Shown here piece by piece: positions 50,255 to 62,819 of a stretch of 64,000 bases of DNA (positions are counted from its first letter, which is position 1; each line of letters starts with the position of its first letter). The notes below the pieces were generated by a model. The model was not told the DNA's origin. It made no database searches and saw only the letters and a program-made list of their open reading frames with translations. Location of the stretch: positions 95,356,001 to 95,420,000 of the forward strand of contig NC_042999.1 of NCBI RefSeq assembly GCF_006345805.1, given 5' to 3'. The DNA comes from Octopus sinensis (Eukaryota). The position numbers and the translations under genes are program-made.

Positions 50255-51580
50255 TAAATAGGAGCGAGGAAGAAATTCTTAGGGATTTTGGGCATGTTTA
50301 GACTAGAGCGTCGTCTTCTGCCCTTCTATACTATGGTTAAACAAATTTAGAGAGCATGAATGAACGAAATGATAACCTTGATTAGGATAAATAAATAAAA
50401 TATTGCGATTAACTGATATGCATGATCTTAAGACAAACAGGAAGACGAAGCTATCGGTACTATGTTTACGTGATAAAGAAATAGATAGATAATAGAGAAC
50501 GAAGTGGGGGGAAACGATCTACGTATTAAACATGGAGAACATAAACGAGGTTGAAAAGTCAAATTTTTCCTTATGTCAGCATCTTCTGAAATCCGTGTTC
50601 TATCAGCAGAGGGATTGAAAATCGAGTAGGGGAAAAACAGGGCTTGCGCTAGTTTATATAGAGTTAGGGTTAAGAGGAGAAGTGTTGGTGTAACAGGTGG
50701 TAAATCGAAGAGAGAGAGAGAGGGGTCAGGCAGTAAATACACCATGAGGGTGAAGGAGGAGGAGAATATTCTTAGGGGTTCTTGGTAAGATCAATTAATG
50801 AAACAGCGTTGACGGGTCATAGTGCTAGTTTGGTATAAATTTGTTAAATTAAAAATTTGGGGTAATAAAACACACAATGACATATTAAAAAGACGAATTA
50901 AAATTCCAGAGAAAAATACATAGATGATAAATATACAAATTTACAAAAATACATAAAAGTTCATCTATGGGCCGTTTCAGAGATGCGCCAATTAATATGA
51001 AATATATCATATATTTAAAATTGACACTCCCCTTGTCAGGATGTTTTTTACATACAACACATAGTACACGGAAACAAATGCACAATTACATACCGGCTAC
51101 ATGCGAAAGACCAGACATTACGTACTCCCAAAAATTCTCATAGATACTGAATGTACTTTATAAGCATATAATTCAATTTAGCAGTTATAGTAAATGGTAT
51201 GCGCACCGCTCCATCTGGACTAATTCACTTCTGCACTCAATTAAATTTTTAATATTTTAATTTCTCCCATTCATGCAAAGCCACATATTCGAGTTCAAGT
51301 CCTTGATACATTTTATACTAATTGCTAATTTTCCTTTTAATTGTTATATTACGATTTAATTACCATACCTTAGTTTTATTTTAATTACTACTTACTATAT
51401 TTACTATATTTAATTCAATTGTTATTATTACCTCTAACTTTTATTGCTATTTTTATTTCTAAATTTCTTATGGAACGTCGAGTGGTTCTTATGCGTACAA
51501 TATATTTTTATATGATGTTTATATATTTATATATTAGTATATATTTCTAAACGTCGGGCTTTATATCTGTTCTGTAGATA

Positions 51581-52950
51581 TCTCTATATATATAAAACTG
51601 AGAATGTGTGTGTGTGTCTGTCTGTCTCCCTAAAACTTGAGAACTACACAACCAATTTCATTAAAATTTTACACATGCCTTACTTAGGGTCCATGTAGTT
51701 TCATGGGCAAAAAGAATGTTCAACTTCTTGCCTAGGGCGAGCCCATAGCAATATCATATCTTTACCACTATTTCAGTATTACGTGTTAAAAGTGAAACAA
51801 AACCATTTCTCTATTTTATGTCAGATACTTTCACTGTAACAATAAAAATTAGAGATAATAATAACAATTGAATTATATGTTGTAAGTAATAATTCAAATC
51901 AAACTAAAGTATAATATAATCATAACATAACAAAAGTAAACATAGCAATTAGTATAAAATTGGTATAAATTGGTATAAATTAAATTAAATCAACTGTGTA
52001 CTGCTTTTTGATTCACCGTAAGGTTTGTTGTTATTATTATTACTGTTTAACTATTGTTATCACGTTTGTTGGTTCCTCGTAAGGGAAACGTTGTGTTGCA
52101 TTTGTTAAATAATTGTAAGCTGTAACCCTCCCCTTTGGGAGAAGGAGCTTTGGTTATTGTTTAAAAATTGAATTGTGTCCCTGTTTGGGGAAATTGACAA
52201 CATTTTCACCGTTTACACGGAAGCATTTTTGTTAGAATGCCTTCGATAGAAGAAAGTCCAAAAATGAATTTCACTGCTGCTGTCGGCAGGTGCAAACTCA
52301 TTAAAATTAAAATGGAAGAAATACAAACCTATTTCGGATTGATCACTGACAAAGACGGTGAATCTAGGATAACACCACCAAACGAAATAAAAAATTAAAT
52401 TCAAGAAAAGACTATTGTCTATAAAGTATACAATGTAGAGAAAAAAAAAAGATTTGAACACCTGGAGGAAAGCACCATCGAAAAGTGTCTTGGTGCGACT
52501 ATGAAAGATATGAAGTATCTAACCAGAGGCGGTAAATTCATCACAATAGAAGCAAGGTTCGAGTCAACAGAGCGTGCAAGGTAGTACTTGACTCGAACCT
52601 TGCAAAGAGGAATTATTTTATTTTTACCTTTATTTCTGGGACGTAGGACATCCTGGATAAAAATTAAAAATGTCCCCCCAGAAGTAGAGGTAGGCTGGAT
52701 TGTAGCCACACTTCTATACAAGAGGGAGGACAAGATACAATTGATTGAAATTGCAAGAGACGGGCCTACAATTCCAGTCTGTTATATATTTTGAGTATTG
52801 TTATCACTAGCGATATCAAGATATAACTTTGTATTTTATGTGTAGATGTATATATATATATATAGATGTACATGTAATATGTACACATATATATACACAT
52901 ATATACATGTACTAGCACTATGACCCAGCAATGACAGGTCATAATGCTAG
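51581..52950 (+). mobile_element. Non-autonomous Helitron carrying a captured module
   Basis: A|TCTCTATATATATAAAACTG..(TG)n(TCTG)n 5' end; hairpin followed by CTAG|T at 52947-52951. Confidence 0.8.
52264..52775 (+). pseudogene. L1/Tx1 ORF1-like N-terminal fragment
   Basis: MNFTAAVG...TIVYKVYN...IEARFESTERAR*...FLPLFLGRRTSWIKIKNVPPEV. The family assignment is by resemblance only. Confidence 0.5.
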
Positions 52951-53093
52951 TAAATGAGTATATGAATATATGTATGATCTTTCTGTGGATTTTGTAGTGT
53001 TCTTGTAGTTGCTGCTCGCATTACCTCCCCTCGGATTAAAAAGCGTATACAGCTCATTTGAGCACTACTATTCCAGTCTGTTATATATTTTGA

Positions 53094-53134
<41 letters not shown>

Positions 53135-53396
53135 GATATACATACAATAGAGAGATGTTTTTGTTTCACTTTTAACACGTAATACTGAAATAGTGGAGAA
53201 GATATGATATTGCTGTAGGCTCGCCCTCGGCAAGAAGTTAAACATATTTTGCCGATGACACTCCCCGGACCCTAAGTAAAGCTTGTGTAAAATTTGAATG
53301 AAATTGGTTGTATAGTTCTCAAGTTTTAGGGAAACACACAGACTGACAGACAGACACACACACACACACACACATTCTCAGTTTTATATATATAGA
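52912..53396 (-). mobile_element. Non-autonomous Helitron of the same family, opposite orientation
   Basis: Minus-strand A|TCTATATATATAAAACTGAGAATG at 53396; ~53150-53396 is an inverted homolog of 51583-~51815; minus-strand CTAG|T at 52915-52911. Confidence 0.7.
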
Positions 53397-55738
53397 TATG
53401 TAGATATATATATACTTATATACATGTGTGTGTGTAAATGTATATATGTATTATTTATGTTGTTTTGCTTGTACTTGTAGAAATAAAGATATTTATAGTC
53501 TACAACAATATCCAACTTTATTGTTTTCTTTAGTATAATAACAAATTGTCATGAAATGAAACACCTTTATTATATATTTTTTGTCTATTAATTTAGACAC
53601 ATTGCAGCAAATTAATGTTGTGTATGTGAACAATATGATGATTTTTGCAAGATTTGAACTAATAGCCTTTCATTTAGCTGTTAAGGACCATAATCTCTCA
53701 ATTGTGTTTTCTGTGAAAGGAAACATTTGAAACATTACTGCTTGGTGTACAGATACTTATTTATCTCTTCTGTTTCTGATACTGAATTTTGAGTTATTAA
53801 CCATAGATATATGTGAATATCTATATCCATTGGAGTATATATGTAAGTTAGATGTATTTGTATTTTGTTATAACACTGTAAATGACTATAACCACAGAAA
53901 TACCCATAAAAGTATTGTTTGATGATTCAGCCTTCCTATAACTATCAGATACATTGCTATTAAACTTGCACATTTATATAAACCATCGCCTGATGAATGA
54001 CATTTTAATAGGTGTTCAATTCTTTGCAATCATAAGAATAACAACAATGTGAGCTTTGCTATCAACATTGGATTACACCGATATTTTATTATAAAGCTAT
54101 TGGTATACAAAAGAATATATTGGAAGAATTGTCATTATATTCATTGTTACTTTTTATGTAATATAGTTTAAATAGGTAGGTAGGCACTCATGTGTTTGTA
54201 ATTTATTATTTATAAGCACAATTTCTTTATCAAACTATCTGTATATGTTAGTACTGAAGAAGAGTGTATGTTGAGTGAAATAGCATTTTCACTGGGGAAA
54301 GTAAGCTGAAATCCTTATTTGCTTGATATCTGACAAACAAAAAATTTTCAAATGAACTTTTAACTACAATGCTTACACACCATTAATGGTGTGAAAAATG
54401 TGATATTGAACAATGAGATTAAAATGAACAAATCCAGGAGAGCTGGAAGATCAATCAAGAATCTTTTAGTTACAATAGTTGAGACTCAAAAGTTTTTATT
54501 TTCAGTTACAGTTTATTATTTTATTACCAACATATTTAACAATTTTTATCATTTTAATCATAAATTTTAGCAATCTCAATTTTCTTTTCTGGTGAAACCT
54601 TGGGAAAAATTAAGGATAGACAAAAATATATATTCATGCATGCCTTAGATCAAAGAAATCAAATAATTATTCTCAAGAAAATTATACCAACTTAGTATGG
54701 CCTTCAAATTCACAGAACCTAAAACACATTTAGAGGACATTTACCATAATTTAAAGGGCAAATTAATGCATAAGAATTGCTGAATAATCAGCACTCATAA
54801 ATATTGGTAATATATAGACTTAACTGTTTTTTTTACTTAATTTGGTAGAATTTACGTCTCTTGGTCATTAAAAGAATTCTGAACATTAATATAATGACAT
54901 TTTAAGAATAATGAATTCTCCATCGTTTTTGATAAAGAACATTCCAGTTTTTAATCATCTGGCCTACTCACATTGAATTACAGTGTAAGCAGCTGAGTAT
55001 TCCACAGACACAGGTACTGTTAAAATAATCCTCTGGCAGAGTCAGTGTGATACAGTGTATGTGACAAAGCTGGCTCTTTGAATTACATGTACAGTCTATT
55101 TGGTAGGTTTCCAGTCTTTACTCCTTCAAGATTAGTGTCAATCCAAGGCTATAATGAAACACATTTGTCCAAAATGCCATGCATGGAGGTGAAACCTGGG
55201 ATTTCATGATTGTGATGCAGATTCCTCAACTGCTTGTCAATGCCAGTGCCCATATTTTTGAAATAATATTTCATAACCAACACTTTATTATTAGAACAAA
55301 ACTTTATAGTTTATTTTTTCAATATTTTTCTCTGTATATATTAAAAAGTTTGAAGTGGACAAAAGAGTTTTGCTCTCAGCATATGCTAAGATAAAACAAT
55401 GATATAGGTCTTTTGATTTGAATATACTCATCAGCTAAATTCCTAATTTGCTGTTGCAGTTTCCTAAAAATCTTGAGAGTATATTATAAGTTTCCTGTTT
55501 CAAGACTAGTTTCTATATGCTTAAGATGGTCAATATATCTTGTTGGCATTCTATTTTGAAAGATGCTTTTGATCATAACCATCTTCAGTATATTTTCATA
55601 CTTTGCTAGTTTTAAAGTCTAGCTACTATGCCAAGATTGCTTTTCTAAGAACCAACTTATTTTTACACAAGTGGATATAGATTTGATTTTTATAAGATTA
55701 TTGTAAATTGTAAAACTTTCGTTTTCATATATTCTTGA

Positions 55739-55779
<41 letters not shown>

Positions 55780-56578
55780 CTTGTCTTGTTTTTCCTTTGA
55801 ATAGGTAATCAAGTGTCTCCTTTACATCAACACACCTGTTTCTGTCCCCTTTCTTGTACCTCTCTCTCTCTCTCTCCCTATCACTCTCTGCTAACAATTC
55901 TGTTGTCTTGCTTCCTTAATAATAATAGTAATGAAAATTATGATCATAATTGTAATTTTTAAAAATGTTGGCATAAGGCCATTAATTTAGAGACAGGATT
56001 AGTTGATTGCATTGACCCATGTATTAGTCTGGTATTTATTTTACTGAACCCTGAGGGATGAAAGGCAGTGTCTGTCTTGGTGGGATTTGAATTTAGAATG
56101 CCACAATAAATTCTATGAGGCATTTTGTTTGATGCTCTGATGATTCGGCCTTTTCCCCATTTCTGTTTTAGCTATTAAAAATACAAGATACAATATATAA
56201 ATTTTCTTATCACAACACTGACATTTCATTACTGAAAATATTGATTGTATTCCATGACCCTGAAAAGTAAACATGAACTTAGAAAAATTAATATTTGGAT
56301 GCTTTTTGCTCACCAAAGTCTCTGTTAGAAAATATGGAAGCCAAAAACAAATGTACTTTATTAAGAATAGTCTTTCTTTTAATATAATTTCACAAAAATA
56401 GGTGTCCCCCTCTTTCTAGTGCATGTGTGTATCAGTGTTTACATTTGTGTATGCTCTTATAGAAACATAAAACCTTACATTTCTTGAGAGGTAACATTTA
56501 TTGGAATTTCATCAGTTACTGCAATATAACGGGTTTAATTGTTTCTAAGAAATGATGCTCATGCCTTTTCAAAGAACT

Positions 56579-56870
56579 TGTATGTATGTATGTATGTATG
56601 TATGTATGTATGTATGTATGTATGTATGTATGTATGTATGTATGTATGTATGTATGTATGTATGTATGTATGTATGTATGTATGTATGTATGTATGTATG
56701 TAGTATGTATGTATGTATGTATGTATGTATGATGTATGTATGTATGTATGTATGTATGTATGTATGTATGTATGTATGTATGTAGTATGTATGTATGTAT
56801 GTATGTATGCATGCATGCATGCATGCATGCATGCATGCATGCATGCATGCATGCATGCATGCATGCATGC
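56579..56870. repeat. (TATG)n microsatellite converting to (CATG)n
   Basis: Directly visible. Confidence 0.95.
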
Positions 56871-57073
56871 GTATATATATTTTATAATGGAATAATTATT
56901 ATGAAGCATTGTGTACAGTATATTGTATAAAGGATCATGGGTAAGGCCTGAACAGTGTGAAGTAAATGCAAGGCAAATCACAAGAAAACAAATATATGAA
57001 TTAATGTAGACTTACCTTGTATTCAATATTTCAGGGTTATGACCCCATTTGTTAATTTCTTGAAAATGGGCCT

Positions 57074-57106
<33 letters not shown>

Positions 57107-57112
57107 TATATA

Positions 57113-58336
57113 TAAGGATTGGACAAAATAATGGAAATATCTAGCATCATAATTTTGAAATATCTATAAAACTGTCAAAAGCTTTTTTTTTTTTTTTATT
57201 ATTAGTGTTGCTTAATATGTTTTGCTAAATTTGCTGTTTCTTTTCCGATAACATCAGAAAAAGGTAATTAAAATTCATTAAAATGACAGATCTATTGGAC
57301 TTTCAGAGAAGTCAGATTGTTGGTGCTCATATGGCAGGTGCTAGCATAATGAAAACAGCCGAAATGATTTTGGTGTATCAAGAAGTACTGTTTTGAAAAT
57401 AATGAAAACCTTTGAGAAAGAGGGAAAAAAACCTCTTTGTTGAGACAAAACTATGGAAGAAAACCAAACTTTTGGATAGGGACCATCGGAATCTTATGCA
57501 AATTGTTAGAAAGGATCACAAAAGTACAGCTCTCAAAATTACTGCAGAGCTTAATGACCACCTCTAGAACCCACTTTCCACAAAAACTGTTCGCCAGGAG
57601 CTACACAAAGCCAGATTTCACAGGAGAGCTGCAATCAGAAATCCACTACTTTCAAAAACAATCATTGCAAAGCATTTAGAGTGGAGTAAAAACCTACAGA
57701 ATTTTTCGGATGTGTCATATTTTACATTATTTCCGACCACTGGCTGAGTATACATGTGGAGACAAACAAAAGAAGCATTTGACCCAGACTGCCTTCTTCC
57801 AACTGTTAAGCATGGAGGAGGATCTGTAATGATCTGGGAGGTTATATCTTGGAAATCCACTGGCCCAATGGTTTCCCTTCATGTCAGAATTAATAGCCAA
57901 GACAATTTAAGCATTTTATTTGGTCAGATTCTTCCTATGGTTGCAGAACTGTTTCCGGAGGGAAACACAATCTTTCAGGATGATAATGCACCTATTCACA
58001 CAGATAAAGTCGTTACTGAATAGCACGAGGAACATTCAAGTGAAATTGAACATCTTAAATGGTCACCATAGTCCCCAGATCTCAATATTATTGAACATTT
58101 ATGGTGCATTTTAGAAAAATAAGTAAGGAGTCAATATAATTCACCATCCCTGCAAGAACTGGAGACTGTTTTAGCTGAAGAATGGACAAAAGTTCCTTTG
58201 GAAACAATTCCAACTTTGTATGAGTCCATACCTCATAGAATTCAAGCAGTAATTACTGCCAAAGGCAATCCTACCCAATATTAAAATAAATTTGTTTGAA
58301 ATTTTAAGGTGTTTCCATTATTTTGTTCAACCCCTG
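57113..58336 (+). mobile_element. Tc1-like (DD34E) transposon, inactivated, copy 1
   Basis: MTDLLDFQRSQIVG.., TVKHGGGSVMIW, FQDDNAPIH, SPDLNIIEHLW; ~27-bp imperfect TIRs; inserted in (TA)n. Confidence 0.93.
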
Positions 58337-58369
58337 TGTATATATATATATATATAATATATATATATA

Positions 58370-59591
58370 TAAGGATTGGACAAAATAATGGAAATATCTA
58401 GCATCATAATTTTGAAATATCTATAAAACTGTCAAAAGCTTTTTTTTTTTTTTTTATTATTAGTGTTGCTTAATATGTTTTGCTAAATTTGCTGTTTCTT
58501 TTCCGATAACATCAGAAAAAGGTAATTAAAATTCATTAAAATGACAGATCTATTGGACTTTCAGAGAAGTCAGATTGTTGGTGCTCATATGGCAGGTGCT
58601 AGCATAATGAAAACAGCCGAAATGATTTTGGTGTATCAAGAAGTACTGTTTTGAAAATAATGAAAACCTTTGAGAAAGAGGGAAAAAAACCTCTTTGTTG
58701 AGACAAAACTATGGAAGAAAACCAAACTTTTGGATAGGGACCATCGGAATCTTATGCAAATTGTTAGAAAGGATCACAAAAGTACAGCTCTCAAAATTAC
58801 TGCAGAGCTTAATGACCACCTCTAGAACCCACTTTCCACAAAAACTGTTCGCCAGGAGCTACACAAAGCCAGATTTCACAGGAGAGCTGCAATCAGAAAT
58901 CCACTACTTTCAAAAACAATCATTGCAAAGCATTTAGAGTGGAGTAAAAACCTACAGAATTTTTCGGATGTGTCATATTTTACATTATTTCCGACCACTG
59001 GCTGAGTATACATGTGGAGACAAACAAAAGAAGCATTTGACCCAGACTGCCTTCTTCCAACTGTTAAGCATGGAGGAGGATCTGTAATGATCTGGGAGGT
59101 TATATCTTGGAAATCCACTGGCCCAATGGTTTCCCTTCATGTCAGAATTAATAGCCAAGACAATTTAAGCATTTTATTTGGTCAGATTCTTCCTATGGTT
59201 GCAGAACTGTTTCCGGAGGGAAACACAATCTTTCAGGATGATAATGCACCTATTCACACAGATAAAGTCGTTACTGAATAGCACGAGGAACATTCAAGTG
59301 AAATTGAACATCTTAAATGGTCACCATAGTCCCCAGATCTCAATATTATTGAACATTTATGGTGCATTTTAGAAAAATAAGTAAGGAGTCAATATAATTC
59401 ACCATCCCTGCAAGAACTGGAGACTGTTTTAGCTGAAGAATGGACAAAAGTTCCTTTGGAAACAATTCCAACTTTGTATGAGTCCATACCTCATAGAATT
59501 CAAGCAGTAATTACTGCCAAAGGCAATCCTACCCAATATTAAAATAAATTTGTTTGAAATTTTAAGGTGTTTCCATTATTTTGTTCAACCC

Positions 59592-59594
<3 letters not shown>
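58370..59594 (+). mobile_element. Tc1-like transposon, copy 2 (tandem duplicate)
   Basis: Identical ORF set offset by 1258 bp. Confidence 0.93.
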
Positions 59595-59645
<51 letters not shown>

Positions 59646-60003
59646 ATAATAACAACTGGTTATTTGTAGAAGGGCATGCCCAACGGCAGCACGTGCTATT
59701 TGTTACTTGATCTTTCCTCTGATGTTACATAAGGACAGATGTGGGTTATTTTTTCCAAGTATCACCAGTAGATTTATTTCTATTCCTTTGGACTATATGT
59801 ATATGGTTTTATCTTAATCTGTGATTATCATTTTTGACTTTGGTATGTATATATATATAGATAGATAGGTAGATAGGTAGGTAGATAGGTAGATAGGTAG
59901 GTAGATAGGTAGATAGATAGATAGATATATAGGTATGTATATAGGTATGTATATAGATATATAGGTATATGTATATAGGTATATAGGTAAATATATATGT
60001 ATA

Positions 60004-60507
60004 TCTATATATATAAAACTGTAGTTGTGTGAGTGTCTGTCTCCTACGATTTAGATTCCTAACTCCTCCCACATTTTGCGGTGCAGTTTAAACAAATTCG
60101 GGTATCTTATAGTCGTGATTAATATCGAGCCCGTCTGGCTATTAGCGCGCGTCTACGATGAGTCTACGATTTTAAAAATAATTTAACATAATTTTTTATT
60201 CCATTTTAATGCATAATTTTTCGTGTGTCGATGGCGGCGGAGTTGGCGTCCACGCTCAAACACCTGCACCTGTGTTTGCTTCTCCCTCTTCTTCCCTCCC
60301 TCGTGAAGCTGTGGGGAAGGGAGTTTAAGGAAATCAACGTCATAATGCGTTGTCAAGGAGACCAGAGTTCTTTTAGAACGACTTCATGGCTTGAAGACAC
60401 CAAAACAGAAATGGCTAAGAAAGCCCGAATTGGCATCTATAAAGGAAGTAACTCTCTAAAAATGCTTATATAGTTATTTCCCGAGCAACGCCGGGCGATA
60501 CTGCTAG
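60004..60507 (+). mobile_element. Complete 504-bp non-autonomous Helitron
   Basis: A|TCTATATATATAAAACTG 5' end; CCCGAGCAACGCCGGG hairpin; CTAG|T 3' end; no TSD. Confidence 0.9.
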
Positions 60508-60818
60508 TAGGTATATATATGTATATATGTATATATATATGTATATAGGTATATATATATGTATATAGGTATATATATATATGTATATAATAGAAATATT
60601 AAAATTACTAAGTCTCTCTAAAAGAGATTACAGCAGCGTTACTGGAAATTAATTGTTATCGCCATATTAATATGGCAGTCTTATAGATATAAGACTAAAA
60701 GCTGTCGCTGATTAGCTCCATGAGGCCATCGCCTTAAGATAGCTATTTGATACACAAACTGTATCCATTATAACCTTCAAACAAGGGAGGTCAGCCACTT
60801 CACACTGCTAGTCAGACA

Positions 60819-60861
60819 GCTACAGACACGTTTCAGGGTATTTGCCCTTTGTCAATGTAGC
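60819..60861 (-). ncRNA. Minimal type I hammerhead ribozyme, U3-A8 variant
   Basis: Minus strand: GCTACA TTGACAA AGGG-CAAATA-CCCT GAAA CGTGTC TGTAGC, with perfect stems I and II and a GUC site. Confidence 0.75.
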
Positions 60862-61348
60862 GTAGTCGACCCAGCAGGTGTCGCCACTGATCGTCTCTGT
60901 TCGAAGGTTTTATTTACCTAGTTTCGGTGGAATACATCCACTTGTTTTCAATAATAGAAATATTAAAATTACTAAGTCTCTCTAAAAGAGATTACGGTGG
61001 CAGCGTTACTGGAAATTAATTGTTAACACCATATTAATATGGCAGTCTTATAGATATAAGGCTAAAAGCTGTCGCTGTTTAGCTCCATGAGGCCATCGCC
61101 TTAAGATAGTTATTTGATACACTAACTATATCCATTATAACCTTCGAATAAGGGAGGTCAGCCGCTTCACACTGCTAGTCAGACAGCTACAGACGCGATA
61201 ACAATTAATTTCCAGTAACGCTGCCGTAATCTCTTTAGTAATTTTAATATTTCTATTATTGAAAACAAGTGGATGTATTCCACCGAAACTAGGTAAATAA
61301 AACCTTCGAACAGAGACGAACAGTGGCGACACCTGCTGGGTCGACTAC

Positions 61349-61391
61349 ACTACTTTGACAAAGGGCAAATACCCTGAAACGCGTCTGTAGC
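61349..61391 (+). ncRNA. Minimal type I hammerhead ribozyme in the inverted copy
   Basis: ACTACT TTGACAA AGGG-CAAATA-CCCT GAAA CGCGTC TGTAGC; palindromic ACGCGT; predicted cut after 61385; stem I has 2 substitutions. Confidence 0.7.
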
Positions 61392-61564
61392 TGTCTGACT
61401 AGCAGTGTGAAGTGGCTGACCTCCCTTGTTCGAAGGTTATAATGGATACAGTTTGTGTATCAAATAGCTATCTTAAGGCGATGGCCTCATGGAGCTAATC
61501 AGCGACAGCTTTTAGTCTTATATCTATAAGACTGCCATATTAATATGGCGATAACAATTAATTA

Positions 61565-61573
61565 TATGTATAT

Positions 61574-61612
<39 letters not shown>

Positions 61613-61915
61613 TATATACGTATATATGTATATAGGTATATACGTATATATGTATATAGGTATATACGTATATATGTATATAGGTATATACGTATATATG
61701 TATATAGGTATATACGTATATATGTATATAGGTATATACGTATATATGTATATAGGTATATATGTATATAGGTATATACGTATATATGTATATAGGTATA
61801 TACGTATATATGTATATAGGTATATATGTATATAGGTATATATGTATATAGGTATATACATATATATATGTATATAGGTATATACATATATATATAGGTA
61901 TATACATATATATAT
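61565..61915. repeat. 24-bp higher-order minisatellite built from 8-mers
   Basis: GGTATATA-CGTATATA-TGTATATA units at 61611, 61635 and onward. Confidence 0.9.
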
Positions 61916-62658
61916 GCTGAGGGTTGGATACAAGCCTTCTTTTGAGGTGGTGAGTTATCATGCTTCCATTGCTTCAACTGGACTTTAGTCTCAAGATCGT
62001 AGCGATGGACCCATGTTTCATCGTGAGTGATAAGTCGGTCGAAGATGTCCTTGTTTTCTTGACACATTGCCAAAAGAGTTTAGGAGCAATTGACTTGTTA
62101 CTGTGTCTGAAAAGGTGTGAGCATCCAGGAATCCATTGTGCAGGCAACTTCTGCATGTGCAAATGGTCGTGAATGATTTTTTTTCCATGGACCCTACACT
62201 TATCTTCACTTCTTGAGCTAGTTGCTGAATAGTTATGCAGATTTTCCAAGATAGTGGTTTCAACTTTATGGATGGTGTTGTCATCAATGGCAGAATGTGG
62301 TCATCCAGAAATAGGAGCGGTTTCCACCAATGTCTGGCCAATTTGAACTGGCGATGCCAGTACTTGATTACATTGTATGATCATGCATCATCACCATAAA
62401 CTTCTTCCATCTCATCAAAAGTCTCTTTTGATGTACACCCTTTCAAATATAAGAACCTGATCACTGGTCTGCATTCAACTGCTTCCGTTATAACACCTTA
62501 GTCCACGTCAGTATTCATAAAGGACAAATGAATTCTAGTGGAAAGCTACAATTTACAATGTGACATGTACAGCCATGTATGGTTATACCTGTACAAGTTT
62601 TGTTTCCTGCAATAACTGGAAGTGGGTCAAGGAAAATCTTCAATGAACACCTCTTGTA
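61916..62658 (-). mobile_element. Mariner 5' half with TIR
   Basis: RPVIRFLYLKG (HTH region), [29 protein letters not shown]; TIR TACAAGAGGTGTTCA at 62658. Confidence 0.88.
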
Positions 62659-62786
62659 TATATGATACATCTGCAACAGTCTCAAGTACTAAATTTAATT
62701 TATTTAGTCAATTTATGTATGCAGTAATAGCTAAAATCTTTGGGTATACACCATAGAAAACTGAACTCTGCTAACACTTCAGTAAT

Positions 62787-62819
<33 letters not shown>

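Larger units (their letters stand above)
60587..61563. mobile_element. Retrozyme-like / PLE-pLTR-like element: 364-bp monomer, ~1.7 direct copies plus 1 inverted copy
   Basis: The monomer starts at 60587 and again at 60951; the inverted copy spans 61195-61563; a hammerhead motif lies within the monomer. Confidence 0.85.

Noticed and set aside
52284-52707. Deletion in module copies 1 and 2 as a spliced intron
   Set aside because: The observed junction (GCTGT|ACAC) does not match GT-AG removal.
57005-57073. Minus-strand donor AAG|GTAAGT with a short open frame
   Set aside because: No acceptor or recognisable protein; the upstream sequence is microsatellite and Tc1.
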